DNA of 50,189 nucleotides from an uncultured Candidatus Saccharibacteria bacterium (GTDB lineage Bacteria; Patescibacteriota; Minisyncoccia; Phycocordibacterales; UBA2100): NCBI GenBank assembly GCA_964419595.1, contig CAYQQI010000001.1, positions 1 to 50,189 of the forward strand, read 5' to 3'. Shown piece by piece: positions 17,167 to 25,593 of this stretch (position 1 is its first letter; each line of letters starts with the position of its first letter). The notes under the pieces were generated by a model. It saw only the letters and a program-made list of their open reading frames with translations, ran no database searches and was not told where the DNA came from. The position numbers and the translations under genes were made by a program.

Positions 17167-17478
17167 ATGAAGATCTTCGAGAACGTGAGCAGCAAGATCG
17201 GTACATACGCTCGGAATGCGGGAAATGTGGCACTGATGAGTATCGGTTTTTTTATCGTGTTTTTCACCGCGTACTCACACGGTTTGCGAGGTGGACAGCC
17301 GGGCTACACCATCCACGGAATTGATGTTGCGCACGCTGAAGCTCCGGCATGCACCGGCGACGCAGCGGGATGCGGAAGCGGGGGGGACAGCGGCAGCGGC
17401 GGTTGTTCCGGCAGCGACTCGGGAGGTTCCTCAGGAGCAAGTTGCGGTAGTTCCGGTGATGACGGCGGTGGTGGGTGA
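17167..17478 (+). CDS. candidate RiPP precursor 1: signal/anchor helix plus Cys/Gly/Ser/Asp-only C-terminal core
   Basis: Trimmed from ORF 17053..17478 to MKIFENVSSKIGTYARNAGNVALMSIGFFIVFFTAY...HAEAPACTGDAAGCGSGGDSGSGGCSGSDSGGSSGASCGSSGDDGGGG*. It is divergent from YcaO-1. A homolog lies at 31793..32077. Confidence 0.6.
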   Translation: MKIFENVSSKIGTYARNAGNVALMSIGFFIVFFTAYSHGLRGGQPGYTIHGIDVAHAEAPACTGDAAGCGSGGDSGSGGCSGSDSGGSSGASCGSSGDDGGGG

Positions 17479-17497
17479 GTCGGACACGTATGTGCGT

Positions 17498-18610
17498 ATG
17501 CAGCATCGAACCCTTCATCTTTTTATTTGGCTCGCAATATTACTCCTATTCGCCGGAGTGATCTCAGGCGTCGGTTACTTTTATTTCGGGAACTCGAAAC
17601 CGGAAGGGAATCAGATCGCGCTCTACCCGGCAATCTCGGAGGTCGCCGAAGCAAAACTCGACAGCGATAAATCTGTAGCCATCGCGAAATATGAGGAAAT
17701 CATAAACAACCCGTCGAGTTCCGCGGACGAGAAGGCACTGGCGGAGGTTGTGATGGCCGGGGTCAAGTTCTCCGCCACCGGCGACATGAGTGCTCGCATA
17801 GAAGAGATCCGGAGTCTGAAAAAGAGTTTCTTGGACCCGACGGTTATCAGAGGTACTCGAGCGGCGGCTCTCAGCATTCTTGGCAGGGAATACAGTCTTT
17901 CGGGGCGCAATCCCGACGTATTGAGAGAGGTGTACAAAGATCCGCCCTTCAATCAATATTTTGTACGCGGAGATCCGGACAGGTCCGCGATACTCATGGA
18001 AATGGCCTCGTATGAGATCTACCCCTCGACCGTCGCGGCGATATCCATTGCCCAAACGGCTGCCGGTATCGAGTTCGCCAAAAAGAGTGCCACCGCCGGA
18101 ACGCCCGCGAACATCGCACTTGCGGAAGAGTATCTGAAAAAAGCAGATGCGGCAGCCGTTCAAGACTCAATGGACAATCCCTCGTATGTATTAAGTGACA
18201 GATACTTTTCCTATATCGCGGGACGGGCCTATACGATCGGACGACTCGCTATCGTGAAGGGTGAGCCGTATAAAAGCAGCTATCGTTCCGAATTCGATAC
18301 ATTGATAAACAAGATCTACGCCACTCCGAGGCCCCTGCCGGACGAGTTGATGCTGAACGTTCGGTTCACGTACGCGAGAATTCTTGGAGCCGACGCAGAC
18401 ACTGAAAGTCAGAAAGTGCAGCTCGACGAGATAGCGCGTATCTTGAACGGCTTATCAGATCCTGAGCGTTATTCCTTCGTACTTCTTTTGAGAAACGAGC
18501 AGCGGTACCGTCCGGACGGGTATCTGTGGAGTGTCGTGAAGCGTCTGTCCGGGGTCTCTCCCGATTTTAGGGACGCCGTCGCGAAAGTCGCTCCCGCTCT
18601 CGTGCAGTAA
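17498..18610 (+). CDS. membrane-anchored helical protein following precursor 1 (paralog of 32085..33185)
   Basis: Trimmed from ORF 17291 to MQHRTLHLFIWLAILLLFAGVISGV. The 5' part of the long ORF is an alternate frame of the precursor gene. It shares blocks with 32085..33185 (SSSADEKAL/DSSAEKSM; SPDFRDAVAKV/DPQFKVALINL). Confidence 0.65.
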   Translation: MQHRTLHLFIWLAILLLFAGVISGVGYFYFGNSKPEGNQIALYPAISEVAEAKLDSDKSVAIAKYEEIINNPSSSADEKALAEVVMAGVKFSATGDMSARIEEIRSLKKSFLDPTVIRGTRAAALSILGREYSLSGRNPDVLREVYKDPPFNQYFVRGDPDRSAILMEMASYEIYPSTVAAISIAQTAAGIEFAKKSATAGTPANIALAEEYLKKADAAAVQDSMDNPSYVLSDRYFSYIAGRAYTIGRLAIVKGEPYKSSYRSEFDTLINKIYATPRPLPDELMLNVRFTYARILGADADTESQKVQLDEIARILNGLSDPERYSFVLLLRNEQRYRPDGYLWSVVKRLSGVSPDFRDAVAKVAPALVQ

Positions 18611-18649
18611 ACACATTCAGTTTCCGATCACGGGGAACAAGGTGCACAC

Positions 18650-18678
18650 TTGACTATCGTGTGCAAGGCTCGTACAAT
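18650..18678 (+). promoter_or_regulatory. sigma70-like promoter TTGACT-17-TACAAT
   Basis: The hexamers are near-consensus with exact 17-nt spacing, 55 nt upstream of the ATG at 18733. The inverted repeat TGCACAC...GTGTGCA straddles the -35. Confidence 0.6.
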
Positions 18679-18732
18679 ATTTTTGGCAAATGATTCGCGG
18701 ATCCTTCGCGAGGCCAGAAACAGGGTGAGCAA

Positions 18733-19053
18733 ATGCGTACATCATGGGTGCTTGCGGCCTCAATGGTCGCACTTTTTGCAAGTTCCGGAAACTCGTACGC
18801 GCGCTCGTGCGGCGAGGTGCTGCAGCTCTACAATGCGGGGCCGGCGCCGAAGGCGTATGCCGCCTCGGCCAGCGGGAAGGCGTGCGGCTATGCGACGGCG
18901 AACACGACATCGTCGTTCGAAGACGCGAAGTCGAAGGCCGTGATGTTCTGCCAGCAGTCCCGCGGGCTTGGCTGCAGGGTCACCCACACGCAGGGGGGCT
19001 CGGCGAAACCGGTCCTCACGGGCGGAAGGCCGGCGTCTCGTCGCGCACAATAA
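18733..19053 (+). CDS. small secreted protein, DUF4189-like
   Basis: The signal peptide is MRTSWVLAASMVALFASSGNSYA. YAASASGKACGYATANTTSSFEDAKSKAVMFCQQSRGLGCRV resembles DUF4189. Confidence 0.55.
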   Translation: MRTSWVLAASMVALFASSGNSYARSCGEVLQLYNAGPAPKAYAASASGKACGYATANTTSSFEDAKSKAVMFCQQSRGLGCRVTHTQGGSAKPVLTGGRPASRRAQ

Positions 19054-19094
19054 TACCGCCGGTGCGCATCGTGCAGACGTGAGTTCATCGATTG

Positions 19095-19128
19095 AAAAAG
19101 GACGCACCCGGTGCGCCCTTTTTGTTTT
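19095..19128 (+). terminator. intrinsic terminator
   Basis: The sequence is AAAAA-GGACGCACC-c-GGTGCGCCC (one mismatch) followed by TTTTTGTTTT. Confidence 0.65.
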
Positions 19129-19184
19129 ATATCCACGCACCGTACACCTTTCAGGATGGCAACAGTAACGGATAATGAATCGAT

Positions 19185-20015
19185 ATGAGAAACAAAGCGA
19201 GCGCGTATGGTCTCACACGAACCCTCCTCATCAGCGTGATAGTGATCGTGTTCTGTGTATTCCTCTTCCTCTCGGCAACGGGCTTACTCCGCGTTGCGAT
19301 GTACATGTTCGAGGATGCACGATTGTGGGCGCGACCGTCTGCCGAGGCCGCATTCCAACTCGCCAATGGGCATTTTTCTACGATGAATCCGGGAGGGTAC
19401 GATGTGCAACGCGCCGGCCTCCTCTATCGCGAGACGTTACGGCTAGACCCGCATCATTCGCTTGCGAGGCAGCAACTTGCGCGGACTTTGTTCGTGCAGG
19501 GAGATATCGGCGGTGCCCTCATTCAGATAAATGCGCAGCTGAACGCCCATCCTGACTCGAACGCGAGCGCGTACTACATTCGTGCACTCGTGTACGGATT
19601 CATGGGGTTGAACGTTGATGCCGCGAACGATTACCGTCGCTATATTGAGCTCGACCCATCGGGTTGGTATGCCTACAACGACCTCGCCTGGATATTATTG
19701 AAGATAGACAAAACCGAGGAAGCGCTCAGTGCGGTTGATCGCGGACTGAGGGTTGCACCTGAGAACGCATGGCTGCTCACTACACGTGCCGCCACTTTGT
19801 ACGAACTCGGTCGATATATAGAAGCGCGAGACACCGCAACGCGTGCACTCGTCGCCACCGAAAAACTGACACCCGAAGCGTGGGCGGATATGTACAAAGG
19901 CAACGACCCCCGTTCAATTGCAGAGGGCATGGCGCAGTTCGTGCAGGTGAACAAAAACAATCTCAAAAAGATAGAGCAGAAGATCGCTGAGATGTCCTCG
20001 AGTACGATGAATTGA
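19185..20015 (+). CDS. membrane-anchored TPR-repeat protein (copy 1)
   Basis: It has an N-terminal TM helix and TPR-like repeats: RQQLARTLFVQGDIGGALIQINAQLNAHPD, YYIRALVY and WYAYNDLAWILLK. Confidence 0.75.
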   Translation: MRNKASAYGLTRTLLISVIVIVFCVFLFLSATGLLRVAMYMFEDARLWARPSAEAAFQLANGHFSTMNPGGYDVQRAGLLYRETLRLDPHHSLARQQLARTLFVQGDIGGALIQINAQLNAHPDSNASAYYIRALVYGFMGLNVDAANDYRRYIELDPSGWYAYNDLAWILLKIDKTEEALSAVDRGLRVAPENAWLLTTRAATLYELGRYIEARDTATRALVATEKLTPEAWADMYKGNDPRSIAEGMAQFVQVNKNNLKKIEQKIAEMSSSTMN

Positions 20016-20032
20016 CGGTACAATGCACGTCT

Positions 20033-20800
20033 ATGCGACGACGTCTCACGTACGTACTCATCGCCACCGTAGTCATCGCACTGGTCTTTGTAGGCACATC
20101 CGGTACGGCGAAGGAGCGATTCTTTCTTTCTATCCGTCCGTCTGCAGCATCCGCATTTTCATACGGCATGCGCCATCTCGACGGGAAGGAGCCCGGTGCG
20201 TACAACATCAGTGATGCGGAATATTTTTTCGAACGGGCAATTCAGCTCGACCCGGCGTATCCCCAAGCGCATCAGCAATTGGCGCGCATACATTTTCTCA
20301 ACGGTGAGTACGAGCGTGCACTCGACGAGATCAATCTGGAGTTCGCGCGCGATCCAGGTACGCAAGACTCCTCCACTTTTTACATTCGCGGACTCATCGA
20401 AGGATATCTAAAACAGTACGAGAGCGCCGTGCATGACTACAAACGCTCCGTTCAACTTGACCCGAAGGGCTGGGAGGGAAGGGTCGACTACGCATGGGTA
20501 CTCATCAAAACTGAACAATTTGACGAGGCGCTCAAGGTGATACGAGACGGACTCGTGGTTAGGCCGGAGAACCCGTGGCTCCTCAGTGTGTACGCTACGG
20601 TGCTATTCGAGACGGGTGATGTGCAGGCGGCGCTCGTTGCTGCGCGACGCGCAAAGACGGCAATCGACGGCCTCACTGAGGCTGAGTGGTCGGAGGCGTA
20701 TCCCGGCAACGCTCCGCATGCGGCGGAAACAGGCCTCCGCACGCTTCGCGCCGCGGCAGAAATCAATCTCAAGAAGATCGAAGCCGCGGCACAACGGTGA
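20033..20800 (+). CDS. membrane-anchored TPR-repeat protein (copy 2)
   Basis: The ORF-track start at 20012 is TTG. ATG 20033 (MRRRLTYVLIATVVIALVFVG) was chosen. HQQLARIHFLNGEYERALDEINLEFARDPG aligns with copies 1 and 3. Confidence 0.75.
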   Translation: MRRRLTYVLIATVVIALVFVGTSGTAKERFFLSIRPSAASAFSYGMRHLDGKEPGAYNISDAEYFFERAIQLDPAYPQAHQQLARIHFLNGEYERALDEINLEFARDPGTQDSSTFYIRGLIEGYLKQYESAVHDYKRSVQLDPKGWEGRVDYAWVLIKTEQFDEALKVIRDGLVVRPENPWLLSVYATVLFETGDVQAALVAARRAKTAIDGLTEAEWSEAYPGNAPHAAETGLRTLRAAAEINLKKIEAAAQR

Positions 20801-22026
20801 ACAAATCGACTATACTATTTGTGATGCCCTCCACTCAAAAACTGGTGATGGCACTGGTGACGCTGCTCCTGTGCATGGGAATTCTGTACGCCGTCTCACC
20901 CGGAGTGCGTGTGGGCGGCACATTTGCCGAAGCACGGACCATCGGTGCGGGACAACCGACGTTCGATGAGATCCTACAACGGTTCGATATTCTTGCGAAA
21001 GAAAAGGGCGCGGAGTATGCGTTTAATGTGCTTCGGGTTGCCCAACTGCCGCACAATACTGATATCCATCTGGTTGCCCACACCATCGGTCATCAGCTGT
21101 ATCTGCAAGAAGGGGTCGAGGGCATGTCGGTTTGCTCTCAGGAATTTCGAAACGGGTGCTCACATTCGCTCGTCGTCGAATTACTCCAGGAGCGCGGCGA
21201 CGGAGATGAAGTACGAGCGCTCATAGACGACGCATGCAAAAAAGCTCCGGGGGGCAGCAATGCCTATGCCATGTGTTACCACGGACTCGGTCACGGCGTC
21301 TTTGCTTTCTATGGGTTCACGTTACCGAAAACGGTCGCGTTTTGTGAAAAAACAGGCACCGCAGTGGACGGGTACGTGCAATCCGATGAGTGCATCGGCG
21401 GTGCCATTATGGAATTGGTGGGCGGCGGCGGACACGACCGTGAGAAATGGTTGCACGCTCGCGCCCTTTATTTAAAGAGCGATGACCCGCTCAGGCCGTG
21501 CAACACGGACGCGATACCTCTGCACGCAAAGGGACGCTGCTACGTCTACATGACCCCGCATTATTTGGAATCGGTCGGTGCAACACTGGAATCGTTCACG
21601 CCGGAGCAGATGATGAAAGCAATGGAAGCATGTACGTCGCTGCCGTACGGCGCAGATCGGAGCGCGTGCGCAGGCTCATTCGGGAAAGATTTCGCGGGAA
21701 TTGTGGGTCAACGCGATGTCCGAAAACTGGATGTCGGTGAGTATTCCGATGAGCAACTGCGCACGGTTGTGAATTTGTGCAAGCTCACACCGGACAGGAA
21801 CGATGTCGTGGCGTGCGAATCGTACGCGCTCTCAACGTTCTTCTGGGGAGGAGATGCAAAACCCGAATTGGCCGTTCGATTCTGCGCGATCTTATCCGAT
21901 GAGGTTGAACGCGACTTTTGTTTCCATACGCTTGCGGACAACCTCGCACGGTTCATTCAGGACCCGTCGGTCAGAAAGGATAGATGCGAAATGCTCGAAA
22001 AGAAATACAGGTCGCACTGTTTGTAA
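20797..22026 (+). CDS. membrane-anchored Cys/His-rich repeat protein (copy 3)
   Basis: The TM anchor is LVMALVTLLLCMGILYAV. Motifs include HLVAHTIGHQLY, FRNGCSHSLV, CYHGLGHGVFAF and ECIGGAIME. A GTG at 20797 overlaps the TPR stop (GTGA); ATG 20824 is an alternative. Confidence 0.7.
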   Translation: MNKSTILFVMPSTQKLVMALVTLLLCMGILYAVSPGVRVGGTFAEARTIGAGQPTFDEILQRFDILAKEKGAEYAFNVLRVAQLPHNTDIHLVAHTIGHQLYLQEGVEGMSVCSQEFRNGCSHSLVVELLQERGDGDEVRALIDDACKKAPGGSNAYAMCYHGLGHGVFAFYGFTLPKTVAFCEKTGTAVDGYVQSDECIGGAIMELVGGGGHDREKWLHARALYLKSDDPLRPCNTDAIPLHAKGRCYVYMTPHYLESVGATLESFTPEQMMKAMEACTSLPYGADRSACAGSFGKDFAGIVGQRDVRKLDVGEYSDEQLRTVVNLCKLTPDRNDVVACESYALSTFFWGGDAKPELAVRFCAILSDEVERDFCFHTLADNLARFIQDPSVRKDRCEMLEKKYRSHCL

Positions 22027-22050
22027 GTCACGTACACACGCTGTGCGGGG

Positions 22051-22599
22051 TCAGGACTTCCCGATCAATTTCAACAGGAGCGGAAATGTTGCATACGGCT
22101 GGTTGAACATTTTTGAACCCATGTGTCCCTCGCCTCTGTTGAGAACGAACTCACCGCCGAGTTTTTCCGCAAGATCACGACCGATTGCTTCGCTTGCTCC
22201 CCACGGATCGTTATCGGAGTTGATGACCACGAAAGCGCGACACCTCGAACGAATGAGATCCCAATCGTACTGCTGCGTAAGAATGGGATATTGAACGCTT
22301 GCGAGCGGGGGTACATGGAAACCGGCGACGAAAAATGCGCTGCGGATCGACGTTTCCAGCTCCTCAAGTAAACCGAGTATCAGTGCTGCGCCATGCGCGT
22401 GGCCTATCAGTACTGTATCGCGGTCATACGCGATGCACTGCCTCGCAAATCGTACCCATATCTCATGATCCGGAACATGAGCGTGAGGTAACAGCGGGAC
22501 GAGTACTGTATGTCCTTGTGCTTCCAACTCCTGTTTCAGCCACGGGTACCAGTAATCCTCAGGCGAACCTTTGAGTCCGTGAAAAATAACAAATTTCAT
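22051..22599 (-). CDS. YdeN/RBBP9-type alpha/beta-hydrolase fold protein with the nucleophile Ser replaced (GHAHG)
   Basis: MKFVIFHGLKGSPEDYWYPWL..., SDNDPW and GEGHMG match the Ser_hydrolase family. The nucleophile elbow reads LIGHAHGAA instead of GHSxG. Confidence 0.65.
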   Translation of the reverse strand: MKFVIFHGLKGSPEDYWYPWLKQELEAQGHTVLVPLLPHAHVPDHEIWVRFARQCIAYDRDTVLIGHAHGAALILGLLEELETSIRSAFFVAGFHVPPLASVQYPILTQQYDWDLIRSRCRAFVVINSDNDPWGASEAIGRDLAEKLGGEFVLNRGEGHMGSKMFNQPYATFPLLLKLIGKS

Positions 22600-22625
22600 A
22601 TACGTGCAGCCGAATCCGGAGTTCG

Positions 22626-23366
22626 TTACGATGAAAAAGACGGGTCAGCGCCGTACGATTTCGATAACGTGACCGAATGCACAGTCTGTTCGTTGTCTTC
22701 GTGCAAGTCGAGCAACTGGGCGATTTGTGCATCTTCGAATCCGGCATACGGTCGCGCGCTCAAACCCAGTGCCGTACTCACCAGCAGTACATTTTCACTC
22801 ATATGCCCCGCTTCAAGGAGGGCGTGTAGGTATGCAAGGTCGCCGTACTTTGCCGAGGAGCGCTGCCACACGCTCGTAAAGACGAGCATTGATGAGAATT
22901 CAAATTTCTCGGGGAGCCTTCCGATCTCTTTTGCTTTGAAACCGGCAGGCAGATCCCATAGCCGCTCGAGTGCATGAGCTTCAGGATTGTAATGGTAGAC
23001 GGCAGGTAACTGTGTTTCGAGGGCAGTGGAGATAAGATACGTTTCTATCGGGTACAGCCCACCGCCTGAGGGATAGTAACGTCGTTCGCCGTGCGCATGT
23101 TTTCTGAGCGCAAGACCCAGAAGCGTACCCATCTCTTCAAGCGATATCGGGGTTCCGGTGTCGTCGCTTCTTGCCGAACGCCGCCGCTCCAGTGCCTCCT
23201 TTAATCCTATTGTTATCGCCGCAGGTTCCGGCAGTTCGATGCGCGGCATGCGCGGATATGACTTGAAACCACCGCGCGGAACATCTTCGGCTCGATGAGT
23301 TGCGCCGCGCAATGTGAATCGGGCCCTACGCAGGTCGGCATGTAAATGTGAAAGGAATGTACTCAT
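22626..23366 (-). CDS. SagB-type dehydrogenase, pair 2
   Basis: Trimmed to MSTFLSHLHADLRR. YPSGGGLYPIETYL, YHYNPEAHALERLW, SAKYGDLAY and LLEAGHMSENVLL are present. An ATGA overlap links it to YcaO-2. Confidence 0.85.
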   Translation of the reverse strand: MSTFLSHLHADLRRARFTLRGATHRAEDVPRGGFKSYPRMPRIELPEPAAITIGLKEALERRRSARSDDTGTPISLEEMGTLLGLALRKHAHGERRYYPSGGGLYPIETYLISTALETQLPAVYHYNPEAHALERLWDLPAGFKAKEIGRLPEKFEFSSMLVFTSVWQRSSAKYGDLAYLHALLEAGHMSENVLLVSTALGLSARPYAGFEDAQIAQLLDLHEDNEQTVHSVTLSKSYGADPSFSS

Positions 23367-24799
23367 GAGAATGGGTGCGGTTCGTCCGCAAACGGGGTCT
23401 CGCGCGGTGTGTAGCCCGCATGCCGTGCGATATCTTTCCACCTCGAACTTCCGAATGTCCGGGTTCGCTCCGTAAGATACGTAGGCATTATGTCGGGCAT
23501 GATGATCATTTCCGTATGAAATTGAGTGGGATTCGCGCTCGAGCTCCCGAGAGAAACCGATACGCATTCGAATGTGTGCTCTCTGCACCAGGTGAGCAAG
23601 CGCTCATGATGGGTCTCCGTAGTGTCCCCGTCCCATTCTGCGCGTTCCGCCGGCACTTCAGCGCCTGCGACGAGGAATGAGAGTCTGTCGGCATTCTCAG
23701 GATCCGCCCAGTAATGCAGTCGATCACGGTGGCCGATATCGAGCACAGCGGTTCCGCTGTCCCAGACCCCTCCGGAGTCGGCCCACTCACGAGAACTTCG
23801 ACGCGCACGGAGTGACTCGGTCAGTGCTTTTTGTACCGCGACTGCGAGGGAGTAGTGTGCACGCAATCCGATCGTGAAGCGGGGCGAGGCTCCGTACATG
23901 TCCTCAAGCACGACCGCTATCGCGTGCGTCGGTGCATCGGTGGGCATACGAAGTACATGTACACCGATACCGTATCGCTCACACGCGGCGATATTCTTCT
24001 CGAGGGAGCTATCCGACGCGCGGAGCGATGTAAGTGATAGCCGGGGTACCGTAAGCTGATTGAGCCAGAGCGTCATGTACGCCTCCCGCTCTATCAACTC
24101 GAGGATGCTCGCAACCTGGGCACCGGTTTTTGTCGGCCACGTTGCAAGTCCGTTGGTTATGAGCGGTCGTATGGTCGGTTCATGTGTGCCCTCTCGTTTC
24201 GAGTGTGATGCGGGGCTCACGGTTTGCGCCGGTACATACACAGAGCGACCGGAAATGAGTGAGGTAGCGCGAATCCACAGAAACTCCGTTCCGGAGGAAA
24301 ATTCCCGATGCGCATTTCCGGCTCGTTGATCGTTCGCATACCCGGCAAATTGTTCGGGTGCGATACAGGTGGCACTGCTTTGCATGGTCTCGACCGATGA
24401 GAGCGTCGGTTCAAGAAAGTAGTCAGTTTGTGTGAACCAGATATACCGCTCAAGCGATTCGGCGAGCGCCGCAAAGAGCGCATCCTCGTCGCTTACGAGC
24501 GAACTGCCGCCCGCTTGGTGGCTCGTCGGGTCATTGCAGATCGCGTACCATGAATACGTGTACGGTTCATCGGCGTATTGTTTCATTCGACCGAAATTTT
24601 TTATTACACCGTGCCGTATCAGTACAGAGGCGAGTCGAAGTGCGTCGCTGAGCGTACCTGCACCCGGTATGTCCCGGGTGTCCCGCACGATCAATACACC
24701 CCACTCGCGTTCAATGAATCTGAAAAAGGCTGCCAGCGCTCGTCCGGCGGCACGAGCGCCGTCGGAGACCTTCGTCGCCGACACGCCATCGATGATCAT
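23363..24799 (-). CDS. YcaO-family cyclodehydratase-like protein, pair 2
   Basis: It begins MIIDGVSAT. AESLERYIW, TNGLATWPT and LELIEREAYMTLWLN are present, and the C-terminus is ...EPHPFS. Long blocks are identical to YcaO-1 by eye. Confidence 0.85.
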   Translation of the reverse strand: MIIDGVSATKVSDGARAAGRALAAFFRFIEREWGVLIVRDTRDIPGAGTLSDALRLASVLIRHGVIKNFGRMKQYADEPYTYSWYAICNDPTSHQAGGSSLVSDEDALFAALAESLERYIWFTQTDYFLEPTLSSVETMQSSATCIAPEQFAGYANDQRAGNAHREFSSGTEFLWIRATSLISGRSVYVPAQTVSPASHSKREGTHEPTIRPLITNGLATWPTKTGAQVASILELIEREAYMTLWLNQLTVPRLSLTSLRASDSSLEKNIAACERYGIGVHVLRMPTDAPTHAIAVVLEDMYGASPRFTIGLRAHYSLAVAVQKALTESLRARRSSREWADSGGVWDSGTAVLDIGHRDRLHYWADPENADRLSFLVAGAEVPAERAEWDGDTTETHHERLLTWCREHTFECVSVSLGSSSANPTQFHTEMIIMPDIMPTYLTERTRTFGSSRWKDIARHAGYTPRETPFADEPHPFS

Positions 24800-24879
24800 G
24801 CCGGTATAGTATCACGCACAGAGAAAGCGGCAGCACACCCGAACCGGTACGGTAGTTCGTTGCTCCAGTGTCGAAATCA

Positions 24880-25407
24880 TCAGATGGGGCACACGACCGG
24901 CCGGTTTATCGCACGTGCAAGTATGGCAACAGAGAACGCACTGAGTGCCAGCGCGGCGCCTGCGAACTCCACCCCTTGAAAGGGAAGTGCCGCAATGAAC
25001 CCCGCCCCACCGAGCGTTGCCAGAAATGCGGAGAGAAAGACCGTTCCGCAGGCGGCGCAACCGAAACCGAGCGCGGCGGAAAATGCCGCAAGCACCCCGC
25101 TGCCGATAGAGAGTGCGGAGGGTGCTGCGCGGAACATTTTGAAATAGAAAATAAGAAGAGCACAGTTTATTCCGACAAGCAGAGACAAGAGTGCCGTATA
25201 CGAGAGCATCATCACATCGATGTCGCCCGGCAGTGTCACCAGTAACTTCACCATCAGTGAAAGTCGATGCGAGAGCGATATACCGGGCTCGCTTGCAACT
25301 GCGCTGATCAAGGAGGCCGCCGGAAGCCAGGCGAGTGAGAAGAAGCACGCAAGCGCAACCCCGAAGGCAAGGGCTAAGTAGCGAATTCGAGAAAATGTGC
25401 GCATCAT
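24880..25407 (-). CDS. polytopic membrane protein with an intramembrane CxxC (GFGCAACG)
   Basis: Trimmed to MMRTFSRIRYLALAFGV. It has about 4-5 hydrophobic helices, with a CAAC motif inside one helix. Its ATG overlaps the stop of the small TM ORF (ATGA). Confidence 0.6.
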   Translation of the reverse strand: MMRTFSRIRYLALAFGVALACFFSLAWLPAASLISAVASEPGISLSHRLSLMVKLLVTLPGDIDVMMLSYTALLSLLVGINCALLIFYFKMFRAAPSALSIGSGVLAAFSAALGFGCAACGTVFLSAFLATLGGAGFIAALPFQGVEFAGAALALSAFSVAILARAINRPVVCPI

Positions 25408-25592
25408 ACGAATTTTTTCGTGAGCGGTATGACCACGTATCGGATCGAAACGTATGCGAGAGTCGAGAACCACATCAGCCACAGTACTCCGAGGATATGC
25501 TCCGTGTACGGAGCGATCATCTGTTGCAGCGGCGTGAGAGAGACAGGGTCGTTGCCTTGGAGGTCTTTCAAAATGAGCAGCGGAGTGTTCAT
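25404..25592 (-). CDS. small single-pass membrane protein coupled to the HTTM gene (copy 2)
   Basis: Trimmed (the track start is TTG) to MNTPLLILKDLQGNDPVSLTPLQQ...GVLWLMWFSTLAYVSI. It starts 1 nt after the HTTM-2 stop. Confidence 0.6.
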   Translation of the reverse strand: MNTPLLILKDLQGNDPVSLTPLQQMIAPYTEHILGVLWLMWFSTLAYVSIRYVVIPLTKKFV

Positions 25593-25593
25593 A

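Noticed and set aside
17291-17497. 5' extension of ORF 17291..18610 overlapping precursor 1 in another frame
   Set aside because: The GC-rich Gly/Ser/Cys-coding DNA is open in several frames. The extension encodes Ala/Pro/Arg low complexity. The paralog (32085..33185) begins at the TM helix, so I trimmed to the ATG at 17498. The same logic applies to 31911..32084.
18650-19140. Cluster of overlapping 97-126-aa ORFs around 18733..19053
   Set aside because: Only 18733..19053 has a promoter, a signal peptide, a domain-like pattern and a terminator. The others are Arg/Ala-rich alternate frames of GC-rich DNA.
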